Program-made: the position numbers and the translations under genes
From: Malacoraja senta
Taxonomy: Eukaryota
NCBI GenBank assembly: GCA_038087875.1
Contig: CM075988.1
Coordinates: forward strand, 14,324,001 to 14,388,000
Direction of reading: 5' to 3'
DNA: 64,000 nucleotides
Notes under the pieces: generated by a model
What the model saw: only the letters and a program-made list of their open reading frames with translations
Databases searched by the model: none
What the model was told of the DNA's origin: nothing
Part shown: positions 24,375-37,999 of the stretch, piece after piece
Numbering within the stretch: the first letter of the stretch is position 1
Layout of the letters: every line of letters begins with the position of its first letter

Positions 24375-24830
24375 GATAGAGTAATAGAGTCATACAATGT
24401 GGAAACAGGCCCTCCAGCCAAACTTTCCCACACCAACCATCATGTCCCATCTACACTGGTCCCACCTGCCTGCATTTGGCCCATATCTCTCTAAACCTAT
24501 CCTATCCACTTACTTGTCTAAAGGTTCCTTAAACGTTACAATAGCACCTGCCTCAACTACTTTCTCCAGCAGCTTGTTCCATACACCCACCATACTTTGT
24601 GTAAAAATAAATTATCACTCAGGTTCCTATTAAATCTTCATCCCCCTCACCTTAAACTTCTGGTTCTTGATTCCTCTAGTCTGGGCAACAGCATCTGTAT
24701 GTTTACCCAATCTATCCTCTCATGATTTAGTACACCTCTGTAAGATCACCCCTCATCCTTCTGCACTCCAAGGAATAGTTCTAGCCTGCTCAACCTCTCC
24801 CGATAGCTCAGGCCCTTGAATCCCGTCAAT
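24375..24830 (-). mobile_element. CR1 (HER1-like) 3' fragment
   Basis: atagagtcatacaatgtggaaacaggcc tail; taagatcacccctcatcctt is reverse RMRGDL. Confidence 0.88.
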
Positions 24831-25232
24831 ATGTGGGATGTGGGGGGATTGCAGTCAGCTATACAGACTTACAAAGCTTCCTCATTGTAACAACCACAAA
24901 TCAATGTATCATTGCTTGGTTCTTTGTTGCAAATGTCCATTCCTAAAAGAGTTTGTATTGTCTCTTAGCATTCATACCCACTCATTTACATTATTGGAAT
25001 TCTGTGTTTGAATGTGAGCGGTGTCATTTGCTAAACTATCCCATAATGTTCAACCTCCAAGTAATATTCCCAAAATACAAATATCTTCAAATAAAAAGCG
25101 ATATTTAAAAGTTCAAGCTTAATAATTAACTTTCTTCCCATCTATTCTCCCAAAAGCAATTCCAGCAATTCCACTCAGACATTTTCAATGTCATGCGTTC
25201 TTCAACGATGTCCAGTTTTGGCTGGCAACATA

Positions 25233-25390
25233 AAGGGCCTGTTCCCACTTACGCGATTTTTTCCGTCATAGTCGCAGCAGGTTGCCGAAAATTGTCAACA
25301 TGTTAAAAATCCAGCGGCGACCAGAAAAAGGTACAGCTCTTTGGACGACTACTCACCACCAAACAGGTGTCACCCCGCAACATGTTCATT
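25233..25390. mobile_element. Harbinger MITE, one end only
   Basis: taa followed by agggcctgttcccacttacgcgattt; no matching second TIR seen. Confidence 0.55.
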
Positions 25391-25461
25391 TTCAAATATT
25401 TATTCCTGGGGTGCATTGGATTGTCTGAAAATAGTTGAAATAAAACAATTTTCACTAAATC

Positions 25462-25765
25462 GGGCGGCACAGGGGTGCAGCGGTAGAGTTGCTGCCTTAC
25501 AGTGCCAGACACCCGGGTTCGATCCTGACTGGGTGGTGCTGTCTGAACAGAGTTTGTACGTTCTCCCAGTGACCGTGTGGGTTTTCTCCAGGTGCTCCAG
25601 TTTCCTTCGATATTCCAAAGATGTGCATGTTTGTAGGTTAATTGGCTTCTGTCAATTGTGCCTAGCGTGTAGGGTAGAAGTAGTGTATGGGTGATCACTG
25701 GTCAACGCAGACTCGGTGGGCCGAAGGGCTTGTTTCCTCGCTGTATCTCTAAAACTATAAGTAAA
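25462..25765 (+). mobile_element. HE1-like V-SINE
   Basis: gggcggcacaggggtgcagcggtagagttgctgccttacag head, gggttcgatcc B box, V-domain and tail. Confidence 0.9.
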
Positions 25766-27019
25766 ATTAATGTCATGTAATGTAACATGCCTAGGATAAG
25801 AAGCTCCTTTTAAATAGAGTAGAGGGCAACAGATTCCAGCCTTGCACTTGGTGATTCACTGGAGTGTCATCTCCACACCCAGCACTGAGTGGATGATATG
25901 GAGTGGTTACATTTAGTACATATATCCTGAACCACACAAATATTAAGAAGAACCGATCAGGAAAAATATTGTTAATTGTATCAATTACTTGGAAGGTGCA
26001 AGATGATGCCGGAATATGGCAATTCTCTTTGTGCTGGTCCAGAAGATGTATTGTACTCAGGTACAATATGATTTGACTGGATAGCTTGCAGAACAAGCAT
26101 TTCACTGTTTCTCTGTACACCTGACAACAAATAAACTAAACACAACTAAAGTAAACTAAACAACTAATGTAAAGAGCAGCTCTGCTATTCTTTACTATTC
26201 TTTATTTGAACAGCAGATCAAAGACAGGCGAGACTCCATTTCATTTCTCATTAGATAAAAAGGGGAGTCTGAAAATGTGGAGATTGCCTGTAAGTAATAT
26301 GGGACAGATGTGCAAGTCTCCTACTCAATAAAAAGATGATCTACTTATCAGTTGGGCAAATACCAATTTATTTATGATTCATTCTGCTGTATCATGCCAC
26401 GGAGCTGGAACTTCACTAGTTTACACATTTTATGAACAGTGTGATTTATTTTCCCTTCTGTCTCTCTCCTCCTTTCTCATTTTCCAGCAATTGGATTTAT
26501 TTTATTATACACTGAATGTTCTTGGATTTTTAGTACCTTATCACAGTGAAATAAGAACTCCCTGAGATACAAAGACATCAAGTCTATTGTAGAATAATAT
26601 TGTTGAGATGACTCCAAAGTCCCATTCTGTGGGGAGAAATCCCAAACCCAGGCAGTACCGAAGCAAGAACATCTTTGCCTTCAATCCTAGTGAACACAAG
26701 TGAGCACAACATGATCGAGTGGGACGCAGTGCAAAACAAAAGTAGGAGACTAGTAACCAGGTAATAAATTGTAGGATATTGAGCAGGGGAGAAAATTAGT
26801 AGGGGAATGGGATTGCTCGGTGAGCCAGCATAACTCGATGGGCCAAATGTCGTCCTTTATTGTGGAAAGAGAGAAAGCCTGGACAGAACATCCATAGATC
26901 TCCATAGACAAAAGGACAAGACGATAATATGTCAGGAAGATCTATGAGATTTTTGTTCATTAATAAAAAAAAGACATATACACAATATAGGAAAAGGTGA
27001 ACTTCTGGTGTAATTCATT

Positions 27020-27525
27020 CTACAGGTGGACTACCAGATACAGTGCTGGTTACCACAAGACAGGAAAGTTGTGATTGTACTAAACCGAATAGTCAGGAGA
27101 TTTATACGGTTTTGCCAGCGATACAGGATTACAGCCACATAAAAGCATTGGATAGTTGGGATTGGTTTTCTTTGGAACAGCGGAGGAGGAGGTGAGACTA
27201 AATTGAGGTTTACAAAGTTATGAAAAATGCAGAAAGAATAAGTGGTAAGGGTTATTTCCTAAAATGCAGTCAGTAATTGGGGTTAATGGCATAGATTAAA
27301 AGTAACTGGCAAAAGACATGAAGGAGAAATGTCGAGTTTTTATTTTTTATCCAGGGATTGGTGGAGGTCCCAACTGACTGCTGTGGCGATGATGGAGAGA
27401 GGAACGTCTTACTTAAAAAAGCCTTCATGTACCGTAACTGAACACAAGGTGGAAAGAGCTCTTTTTCAGTTAGCAGAGAACCAAATGGGCTGAAAAGCCT
27501 CTTTGTGTGCCATACATTTTCATGA
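27020..27525 (+). mobile_element. Highly degraded CR1 3' fragment
   Basis: ttggatagttgggattggttttcttggaacagcggaggaggaggtgagactaaattgaggtttacaaagttatg. Confidence 0.6.
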
Positions 27526-28344
27526 TTCATTGAAGGTGAAATGCTACAACAGAAAGCAATTAAGTGAGTCAGTAATAAAACTGCCATTCCTATCGTGAGG
27601 AGAGTAAAACAATGTTACAACCAAAACAAAATAACAGGAAAAACAAAAACAGAACCAGTAAACTCCAAGACTTCAATTTCCAAAGGCCAGGTTCTGCAGA
27701 CATGTGTCTAAGTGGCACTACACCTACATCAATGAATTTAGGTCAGGAGCACTTTCAAGTCATCTTGTACCTGTGCCAGAGTGCATCATTCAGAGTGTAA
27801 TGTACTAAGTGGTCACGAGTAACCTGCCTTCTAACAGAGTGGCTGCAGCATTTTACAGTATTATAAAAAAGCATAATGTCCAAGTGTGAAGCGTTGTAGA
27901 GTGGAAATAGGAAAATAAACATTTGCAAAGAATTTGGTCAAATACTTGTCATAAACAGGCGAGTATTTTGAATATTTCTGCGAAAAATAAAGAGTATTCC
28001 GCTTCACTGATTGACCTGGTTCAAAAGATAAATCAATCAATATATTCCTTAAGCTTGTATTTTTTATGAACATTAGTGGATGCCTCTTGCAGATCGAAGT
28101 TATGTTATCATGCATGTGGAAGGGTGCTTGCATTTGTGCCTTTAGAATGTCAGTGGTGATACTAAAAGCGGGGTCAAAGCTGCCTTGCTAGTTATTATTA
28201 GATGGAGCTGATGATCTAGAATAGATTTCATTCCAATCTCTCTGCCGCATGGGATTTTTGAATATAAGACATGTTGCACCTGCTATGGCCTAACAGCATT
28301 GAATTCAGAAGACCAGGCACAACAACCTCTCTGTAATCAAATAG

Positions 28345-28790
28345 TTACAAGGAATTAGGATTATGAGTAGGAGGGATGACAGGTTTCAGTTACAAGGTTA
28401 GACTGGAGAAGTTGGTTGTGTTCTCTTTGGAGCAAGAGTCGGGGCGAGAATTTGATGGAGACACACCAAATCATGATGGGTATAGGGATGGGAGATAGTC
28501 TGTTTCCATTACAAGATGACTCAAAGATCAGGGAACATCAATTTAAAGTAATAGGCAAAAGATATGGGAGGCAGAGAGAATGTGATAAAAATATAATAAT
28601 AAGTGATTATGATTTTGAACTCCCATAACGGCAAGCTGGGTTTTCAAAAGATAATTTGATAGATACTTAGAGAAAAAGAGTTTGCACAACCATGGGAAAA
28701 GAATAGGTTGATGGGACAACTTGTTGCTCATTCAGGAGCTGGTATGGACACAATGGCCCAAATGGCCGCCTTCTTTGCTATTATGATTTA
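28345..28790 (+). mobile_element. Highly degraded CR1 3' fragment
   Basis: gttagactggagaagttg...ctctttggagcaagag...caatggcccaaatggccgccttctttgct. Confidence 0.6.
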
Positions 28791-29110
28791 ATCATAATAT
28801 GTTTGCTCGAGACATTTTTTTGTTCCAGAGGAAATATTCATCTACTTCCTGTCCTAGACTGAATGAATATCACTAAAGCTCTGATTACCAGGTAATCAAG
28901 CAATATTTACACATTAATTCAGCTCCTTTATATTGTCAGTTGAGAAATCCCTGCAAACAATTCCTTCAACAAGGAACTGAAGATGTTGGTTCACAAAAGA
29001 CACAAAGTGCTGGAATAACTCCACAGGTCAGACAGCATCTCTGGAGAATAGATATATATATAGATAATCTATCCATGTTCTCCAGAGATGCTGCCTGACC
29101 CGCGGAGTTA

Positions 29111-29688
29111 AGGGCCTGTCCCACCACCATGCGATTGCATGCGTCTAGAGCGACCAAACGTGGTGGCTTGAGGTGTACGGCCTCGCGGGACCGGTCCCAC
29201 TTCGAACCGCGGAGGCGTATGGAGTTGTGCGGGGCTGGTCCCGACATCATACTCACCAATCAGCTGGGCAGGAGGCGGGCCGATTGAATTTGGACGGCGC
29301 ACGCCGTCGGGCGGTGACGTCATCACACAACGGCACACAGGGCAGTGACGTTATCGCGCAACGCCACGCGCTAGGCAAGACGCTGCGTACAACGTCAAGA
29401 CGCTGCGTACAACGTCAAGACGCTGCGTACAACGTCAAGACGCTGCGTACGCCCGTCGAGCCGCTGCGTACGCCCCCAATGTGCCTGGGGGCCGACAGGC
29501 CGTTGTCGCGCGGGATTTTGGGACAGTGCAAGATTTTTGGAGCCTCGCGCGATGTCGGGACCAGCCCCGCACAACTCCATACGCCTCCGCCGATCGAAGT
29601 GGGTCCGGCCCCACGAGTCCGTACGCCTCAAGCGACCACGTTTGATCGCGCTAGGTGCATGTTATCGCATGCTGGTGGGACAGGCCCT
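29111..29688. mobile_element. PIF/Harbinger-type MITE with long TIRs
   Basis: Ends AGGGCCTGTCCCACCA; TTA TSD at 29108-29110 and 29689-29691; imperfect TIRs of about 135 bp. Confidence 0.9.
29376..29452. repeat. 20-bp tandem repeat inside the MITE
   Basis: (caagacgctgcgtacaacgt) about 3.7 copies. Confidence 0.95.
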
Positions 29689-29844
29689 TTACTTTGTGTC
29701 TTTGTCTTCCTTCAATAACGTCATCGGTAGTTAATACTAACTACTAACTAGTTAATAAAATGTTCAGTAGGTCACTGCGAATACTATCCTTTACACAGAA
29801 ACAACTAATTATTTTATTTAATTACTATCGCCACATTTAAGAAA

Positions 29845-30020
29845 CTATCACAACGTTTAAGAAACATTTAGACAGGTACATGGATAGGACAGGTGAAGAG
29901 GGTTATGGGCCAAACACAGGTGGGTAGGACTACTGTAGATGGGACAAGTTGGTCGGTGTGGGGAAGTTGGGCTGAAAGACCTGTTTCCACGCTGTATCAC
30001 TCTTTGACTCTATGACTATG
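29845..30020 (+). mobile_element. CR1 3' tail
   Basis: gtttaagaaacatttagacaggtacatggatagg...tgactctatgactatg. Confidence 0.85.
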
Positions 30021-30184
30021 TATACAGGAGACAAACAATGTAATGCACCCAGGAAAAATGGGTCTTCCATCAAGCAAAAGCTTTCCAAAGCATTCCTAGT
30101 CTTGCAATATGAAGCTTTGTGGGGTAAACATGTAATTATGGACAACCAAATTCCAAAGCAACATCTAACAATTGAATACCCAAG

Positions 30185-31370
30185 GAGTCATAGAGTCATA
30201 GATTAATACAGTGTGGAAACAGGCCCTTTGGTCTAACTCGCCCACACCGGCCAACAATGTCCCAGCTACCCTAGTCCCACTTGCCTGCGCTTGGTCCATA
30301 ACCCTCCAAACCTGTCCTATCCATGTACCTATCCAACTGTTTCTTAAACAATGGGATAGTCCCAGCCTCAACTACTTCCTCTGGCAGCTTGTTCCATACA
30401 CCCACTGTGTGAAAAAGTTACTCCTCGGATTCCTATTAAATCTTTTCCCCTTCACCTTGAACCTGTGTCCTCTGGTCCTCGATTCCCCTACTCTGGGTAA
30501 AAGACTGTGCATCTACCCGATCTATTCCTCTCATGATTTTGTACACCTCTATAAGATCTCCCCTCATCCTCCTACGCTGCATGGAATAAAGACCCAGCCT
30601 ACTCAACCTCTTCCTATCGCTCACACCCTCTAGTACTGGCAACATCCTCATAAATCTTTCCTGAACCCTTTCAAGCTTGACGATATCTTTCCTATAACAT
30701 GGTGCCCAGAACTGAACACAATATTCTAAATGCGGTCTCACCATCTTATACAACTGCAACATGACCTTCCAACTTCTATACTCAATACTCTGACTGATGA
30801 AGGCAAAAGTGCCAAAGTGCCAAAAGCCATTTTGACAACTTATTTACCAGCGACTCGACCTACATGGAACCATGCACTTGTACTCCTAGATCCCTCTGCT
30901 CTACAACACTACCCAGAGGCCTACCATTTACTATGTAGGTCCTGCCCTTGTTCGACATCCCAAAATGCAACACCTCACACTTCTCTGTATTAAATTCCAT
31001 CAACCATTCCTCCGTCCACCTGGCCAATCGATCCAGATCCTGCTGCAATCGTTCACAACCATCTTCACTATCTGCAAAACCACTAACTTTTGTATCATCA
31101 GCAAACTTGCTAATCTTGCACTGTATGTACTCATCCAAATCATTGATGTAGATGACAAACAGTAACAGGCCCAGCACCGAACCCTGTGGCACACCACTCG
31201 TCACAGGCCTCCATTCTGAAAAGCAACCTTCCACTATCACCCTCTGCTTCCTTCCATGGAGCCAATTTGCTATCCATTCAACTATCTGTCCTTGGATCCC
31301 ATGAGATCTAACCTTCCAGCGCAGCCTACCATGCGGCACCTTGTCGAACGCCTTATTGAAGTCTCCCATT
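30185..31370 (-). mobile_element. 5'-truncated CR1 (RT and C-terminus, frameshifted)
   Basis: DFNKAFDKVPHGRL...GVPQGSVLG...SKFADDTK (30860-31369) and VRPHLEYCVQFWAP (30436-30762); (gagtcata)n tail. Confidence 0.93.
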
Positions 31371-31819
31371 TTTTCTGTTAGTTTCTAGTTGGAGAGTGAA
31401 CCTGGATTTTGGAGGCAGCTCACAATAACTGCTGCAACAATGGGAATTTCAAAACTGCTTCGCACAGACACAGCTACATTATTAAATAAACATACCCAGA
31501 GTTAATATTACCTTTGACAGATTCAATTTTGATTTGGCAACATCACTCTTGGATTCAGTTTAAAAAAATCAGATATCTACAACCATGAAGAATGTTCTGT
31601 TCCTGCAACAGTGAGTTTGAGAAAACATTACCCATGTACATAAATGAACTCTTTTGAGAATTTGACAGATCTGTCTGCAGCAAATGGAGCCCAGCCAAAT
31701 AATGGGAACCTGCACTTGAATCCTATGCATGGGCAGTTACTATTTAGTTTGTACTTTGTCAGCTTGCCAAACATAGGCTACAGGAACTGAGAGATAAAGT
31801 CAGAAATTGGCCTTCTTTA

Positions 31820-31995
31820 TGATATGATACAATACGATACGATAGAACTTTATTCATCCCCGGAAGGAAATTGGTCTGTCAACAATCATAACACACAACA
31901 AGGTACTCGAAAACTTGAAATTAAAATTAAATTAAAAGTGAAAAAAAGAAAAAAGAAAGAAAAAGACTGTTGTCTGGCTGCCCTGTGCACAATGC
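31820..31995 (-). mobile_element. Rex1-type 3' tail
   Basis: (gatac)n followed by actttattcatccccggaaggaaattgg. Confidence 0.55.
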
Positions 31996-32446
31996 CTTAA
32001 TCGTTTTTTGCACTCCAGCCGGCCCTTCTTCTCTATATCATAACTTTCAATCATTGAGTCAGTTACAAATATTGAAAATTCAATGAAAAAAAATATGCGG
32101 TTTAACTTAAAAACCAGCTACTCAACTGACAGGTGGAATCCATCAGAACTAACTGTGTTGAATACAGATCATAACACAATCCCTGCGTTTCAGAAACTGA
32201 GAGATTGGTACTGGATTTTTCAGATTATTCTGCTCAACTCCAATATTTATTGTACTTGGCAAGAATGATTTTGTATGTCTATAGATATTTCTTTCCAAAA
32301 CATTCCTTTAATTGCATGGAATTACACATGTCCAAATTCAAGTGCTAATAGCTAAGAGTTAAACATTCTATCCTAGCCAGTATTTCTGCTTCCACCAACA
32401 CGAGTAAAATGTATTCCCGTTTTGCACAACTCACAACAATGACTAC

Positions 32447-32548
32447 CTAACGAGTCTGAAAAAGGGTCTCAACCCAAAACGTCACCTATTCCTTTTCTCC
32501 AGAGATGCTGCCAGACCCGCTGAGTTACTCCAGCTTTTTCAGTCTATC
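32447..32548 (+). mobile_element. Short Penelope-like terminal-repeat insertion with 10-bp TSD
   Basis: gtctgaaaaagggtctcaacccaaaacgtcacc...; caatgactac at 32437-32446 and 32549-32558. Confidence 0.85.
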
Positions 32549-34110
32549 CAATGACTACTAAGGAATTGATCGGATGGATCAAAGTCACAGACAACATCCC
32601 TGGCACGCCTCATCACTCTCTATCTGCCAGCAGCCACTCCTAGTGGATCTTACCACATTCCTTCAAAACCTGCTTTGCACTATGAAGTTAGCTGGGCTTA
32701 CCCTTGCTGTGAACTATTCCAATCTATCACTTTGTGACTGGAGAATATATTGCAATGGTTTCATTTCCCAACAAGAACCCATTAACTTCCATTCTTGACC
32801 ACTTTGTGCTTATCATTTACACGGTGGATCGGTTCCCCATTGTCAGGGAACAAATGCAACTTGATGTTAGCATAAAATAACCCATTTATAACCAAATGTC
32901 CACAATACATTATTTGCTGAAATCCGCAATAAAATGACTGACATTTAATATGCTCTGAATCTCTAACATGAAATAACATAAAATTGGAACCTAACCAAGG
33001 ACCCGTACCCAACCATTCAGTAATTGATACATTATTTAGCTATGAGAAGGTCAACTCATTCAACTGATCTGCCTGCCTTTGATATCCCAGTCCTTCCCAC
33101 GTACAGGGTCAATCTGCTGCAACTATTATGTTTAGTTCATGCGTCCCTCCAATCTGATGCTTTGTTTAAGTCCGCAATGTCACAAGCATTCAGCGTGCAT
33201 AATATTTGATGTTGCTTCTCATGCAAGGAAAGGCTGCCTCATGTCAAGGTACCCGAGTAAGCTTTGACTAATGAGCTGCTGCATGTTATGTAGTAGTGAT
33301 CAAATTCACAAGAAAACTTCTTCTTGTCGCTTCAGACAAATACAGGTCACCATAGCTCAATTAGAAGATGTGAGGATGAAGGAAATGCATGTTTTTAAAA
33401 ATAATAAACATATATTTCTCATGCACAGTTTTACACATCCAACTGGCTTAAAATGTGAGGCAATTGTTTCACAATATTTGTAAATTTCATGCTAGTTATT
33501 CACATCCCTATTGATTTATCCCTACAAATGTAACTCTTCATTCTGTCTGCAGACACTGGATCCAATCCTTGTCACCAGGCTAGGTAAATTGAATCATAGT
33601 TTTGAAGTATATTTAAAGTGGAAAAAGGATTTATGCTATCCCTTTTTAATCAGATCTGAAATTATACCTCATTTCCCATTATCTGCTTGTATGTGGTTGC
33701 CATCGACTGAACATAACTCCTAATCCACAAAAAACTCAGATTTTGTTAATTTGCATATCTCCAGATGATCACAGTTTCAAATGATCTGTCTAAAAGCCTT
33801 CCCATGTTGGGTAGGATTATGGTAATTATCATAAAAGGATTATGTGTGCAGTGGTTTAGACAAATGCTTTTTACTGCATTATTTTGAAAGAATTCCTTCA
33901 ATTCCACACAAAGTCTAAAGTACCTTGAACGTTTCATCTATGAGCGATGTTAGTTCATTGCTGAAAATAATTGTTGCAAAAAACATTAATTCTGTTCAAT
34001 CTTTTCAATTTATCAATTTTAATTAGAACACAAGCTGAAACAGAGTAAAGCAGACTATTGAGTAATTCATAAATTCATAAGTTCCAGGAGCAGAATTAGG
34101 CCATTCAGCC

Positions 34111-34362
34111 CGACTAAACCTACGAGTTAAAAAAGTATCGATTTTTTCCATGGCGACCTTTTTCTACTCCCGGGCATTTTTTTAACGTATTGAAAAAAAC
34201 GCCGCGACCTAGCTGAGGCCTCAAGTACGCGGAGACCACTCTCGAGCATGAAGGAGAGTTACGAAGACATCCTACGACCTCGTGTCGACCATGCTGCGAG
34301 TATGAGCCGAGGGCAAACTCGCCAGAACTCGCGGATTAGGTCGCCCAAGTGAGACAGGCCAT
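34111..34362. mobile_element. Right half of the same Harbinger MITE family as 15315-15856
   Basis: Shares gacctagctgaggcc...gacctcgtgtcgaccatgctg...gagggcaaactc; ends agtgagacaggcc. Joined to a CR1 tail at 34065-34110. Confidence 0.8.
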
Positions 34363-34476
34363 TTAGTCGAAACAGGGTGGACCACGTGAAGATTGCAATC
34401 TCCCACCCCCCATGCCCATGTAAACTGTTTACCCACTGGAAGCCTCTCTGGACCCTCCTCACAGCTTACAATGCCA

Positions 34477-34802
34477 TTTAGTTTAGTTTAATTTAGAAAA
34501 ATGGCATGGAAACAGGCCCTTAGGCTGACCGAGACCACGCCATTGCTCACCCGTTCACACTAATTCTATGTTATCCCACTTCCTCATCCACTCCCTACAC
34601 ACGAGGGGCAGTTTACAGAGGCCAATTAACTTAAAAACCTGCACGTCTTTAGGATTTGGGTGGAAATCGTAGCACCTGGAAGAAACCCACGAGGTCACAA
34701 GAAGAACGTGCAAACTCCACACAGGCAGCACCCGAGGTCAGGATGGAACCCGGGTCTCTGGCACTGTGTGGCAGCAGCACTACCAGCTGCGCCACTGTGC
34801 CA
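34477..34802 (-). mobile_element. HE1-like V-SINE
   Basis: (tttag)n tail, reverse V-domain, ccagctgcgccactgtgcc head. Confidence 0.88.
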
Positions 34803-36950
34803 TCATCTGTAAACTTACTAACCAATCCATCTACATTTACATCCAAGTCACTTATATATTACACAAACAGCAGAGATCCCAGCACAGATCCCTGTGGAAC
34901 TCCACTGGTCATAGTCCTCCAGCCTGAATATTGTCCTTCCAGCACAACCCTCAGTCTTTTATCAGAAAGCCAGTTGGGATCCATACAAGTAAGTCGCTGT
35001 TAATATCTGGCAGCTTAATCTTCTGGATTAGCCTACCATGGGGGACTGTATCAAATAAAGTCATAAAGTCATCTAGTCATAAAGCGTGGAAACAGTCCCT
35101 TCGGCCCTACTTGCCCATGCTGGCCAACATGCCCCATTTACACTTGTCCCACCTGCTTATGTTTGATCCATATCCCTCTTAACCTATCCCATCCATGTAC
35201 CTGTCCAAATGTTTCTTAACCGTTGTGATTGTACCTGCCTCAATTTCCACCTCTGGCAGCTCATTCCATATACCCACCACTCTGTAAAAAAGTTGCCCCT
35301 CAGGTTCCTATTAAATCTTTCCCCCAGTCATCTTAAACCTGTGTCCTCTGGTTCTTGATTCCCCTATTCTGGATAAAAGACTCTGTGCATTTACTCTATC
35401 TATTCCTCTCAGGATCTTATACACCACTATAAGATCATCCCTGCTCCGTACCAAAGAATAAAGTCCTAGCCTCCTCAACATTTCCCTATTGCTCAGGCCC
35501 CCCGAGTCCTGGCAACATCCTCGTAAATCTTCTCTGCACCCTTTACAGCGTAACACCATCTTTCCTAGCACTCCGAGATCCCTCTGCTCTATTAAACACT
35601 CCCCAGAGCCCTGCCATTCGCTGTGTAGGTCCTGCCCTGGCAAGACTTTCCAAAATGCAACACCTTGCACTTCTCTGTATTAAATTCTACCAAACATTTC
35701 TCAGCCCACCTTTCCAACCGATCAAGATCCTGCTGCAATTTTTGTCACCCATCTTCGCTATCTACAATACCACCCATTTTGGTGTCATCTGCAAACTTAT
35801 TAATCATGCCTTGCACGTTCTCATCCAAATCATTCATATAGTTGACAAATAGCAATGGGCCCACATCCGAACCCTGAAGTATACCATTAGTCACAGGCCT
35901 CCAAACAGAAAAACAACCGTCCACCATCACCCTCTGCTTCCTTCCATGAAGCCAATTTTCTATCCACTTAGCTATCTCTCCTTGTATCTCACACGATCTA
36001 ACCTTCCAGAACAGCCTACCATTTTATTTAATTCACATGTTTAATACATAATGCTTTATTATTAATGTTTAATGTTTTATGTATCATTCTTAACTGTCAC
36101 TGCATGTCATGTTGTCACTTGCAGGTGGAGCACCAAGGCAAATTCCTTGTATGTGAATACTTGGCCAATAAACTTATTCATTCATTCATACGGAACCTTG
36201 TCAAATGCCTAGCTGAAATCATATCTACAATGTCTACAGCTCTTCCCTCATTAACCTTTTTGGTTACATCTTCAAAAAATTCAAAGATTCAAGAGAAACG
36301 ATCTCCCACGTACAAAACCATGCTGACTATCCCTAATCAGCCCCAGTCCATCTAAATGCATGAGTATCTTAACCTCAGAATACTCTCGAGTAACATTCCA
36401 ACTACAAATGTTAGACTCACTGGTCTATAGTTCCCAGGCTTTTCCCTGCAGCCCTTTTTAAATAGAGGAACAAATTTGCCACCCTCCAGCCTTCCAGCAC
36501 CTCACCTGTATTTAATGATGACTCATAAATCTTGGGGCCAGGCCACCAGCAATCTCCTCTCTAGCTTCCACAGTGCCCTCAAATATATCTGAAAGGCCCA
36601 GGAGATTGATCTACTTTCATATACGTTAGGACCTTCAGCATCTCCTCGGGTGTAATACTGACTGACCTTAAGATACGTCCATTGACTGCCGCGTTCCCTG
36701 GTCCTCATATCTTTCTCCGCAGTAAAAACAGAAGAGAAATACTCATTGAGGACCTTACCCATTTCCTGTGGCTCCATCCAGACTCAACTACTTTGATTCC
36801 TGAGGGGCCCTATTCTCTCTCTCTCATTGCATTTTTCCCTAATGCATTTATAAAATCTCTTGGGATTATCCTTAATACTATCTGCCAAAGCTAAATCCAT
36901 GTAGACCACATCCACCGCCCTACCCTCTTCAATCACCTTTGTCTCTTTCT
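34803..36950 (-). mobile_element. Cluster of degraded CR1 ORF2 fragments
   Basis: VDGLVSKFTDD; GILQGSDVGPLLF...NKFADDTKMGG; MGKVLNEYFSSVFT; tail near 35060. Confidence 0.85.
36022..36189 (+). mobile_element. Rex1-type tail inserted in CR1
   Basis: caaattccttgtatgtgaatacttggccaataaac(attc)n splits cctaccat|acggaaccttgtcaa. Confidence 0.65.
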
Positions 36951-37999
36951 TTAGTCTCCTCTGCCTTCTTTTCGCAATGCAACTCAGGGAAATATGACAA
37001 TGTTACAGAGCAAAACCCTCTTCCACGGTGCATCTGAGTAACACCAAAGATGAAGGTGAGCCAAAGTATCTAATGGACGGATAACAGTGTTACCCGTAAT
37101 TGGTGTGGACATTATGTTATTGAAATGATTCACAAGAACAGTTTAAAAGGCTATATGTTGTACCCAGCATTGCATCAATCCAGCTGCCATTCCTATTTCC
37201 TTTCTATGCAGAACCAAGGGCTGTAATCACATTGAAAATGTAACAAGCTCTCAACATTTTGGAACAAATGCCTGAGTACAGCATTCCATGCATAAAGGAT
37301 CACAATTATTCCTCAGCCTGCTTAACCTATAAGTTTTGTTAACTAAATGGTGAGCAATTCATTTATTCACCCTTTTAAACATCCCTACTGGAGCAGAATT
37401 TAAAGCCACTTAAGAATATGGATAAAATTAGCATTAATCTAGTAATGATTACATTCCTAATGCAGCATCAGATCCATAGATGGAGAATTGCAGAATAATG
37501 AACTGTGTCTGTACTGCCTTACCAAATGTAGGTGTTGATAAATCATTGAGAGATTAATTAAGAGCTTGCTAAAATAAACTTTTCCTATTCAATGATAAAA
37601 CTGAATCTGACCTTATATTTCTAACTTGTTTATTCGATAATGGCTTACAAGTTCGATGTATAGGTTCCATTATAAACAGGAGATTCCTTTTATGGAGTGC
37701 TTCATTTTTCCATTTTCAGCATAGATTTCCGGTGTTTATTATCACTGAGAAAAAACATGATATGAACAGAGTACAAACGTATTTGCTCTGCCATCAATTA
37801 ATTCAGGAAATCAACTATTGCAGGACAACAAAAGCATTGAATGAGAATATGTGGTGTGACGTTCCCAGCTCATAACTTAAACGGATTTTCAGCAATCGAC
37901 TCCTGATACATTTCTATGATGCAAAGAGAGGAAGTATGATCAAAGAGGCCCATTGATCTGGAACAAGATGCCGTCTGATAGTGTCTGAACAAGATGGTG

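Larger units (their letters stand above)
28968..29710. mobile_element. Palindromic Penelope-derived short element interrupted by a MITE
   Basis: aaggaactgaagatg...cagcatctctggagaa / ttctccagagatgctgcctgacccgcggagtta | MITE | ctttgtgtc. Confidence 0.75.

Noticed and set aside
25462..25530. tRNA-like A/B boxes here and at other SINE heads
   Set aside because: They continue into V-domain and LINE-like tails, so they are SINE heads rather than tRNA genes.
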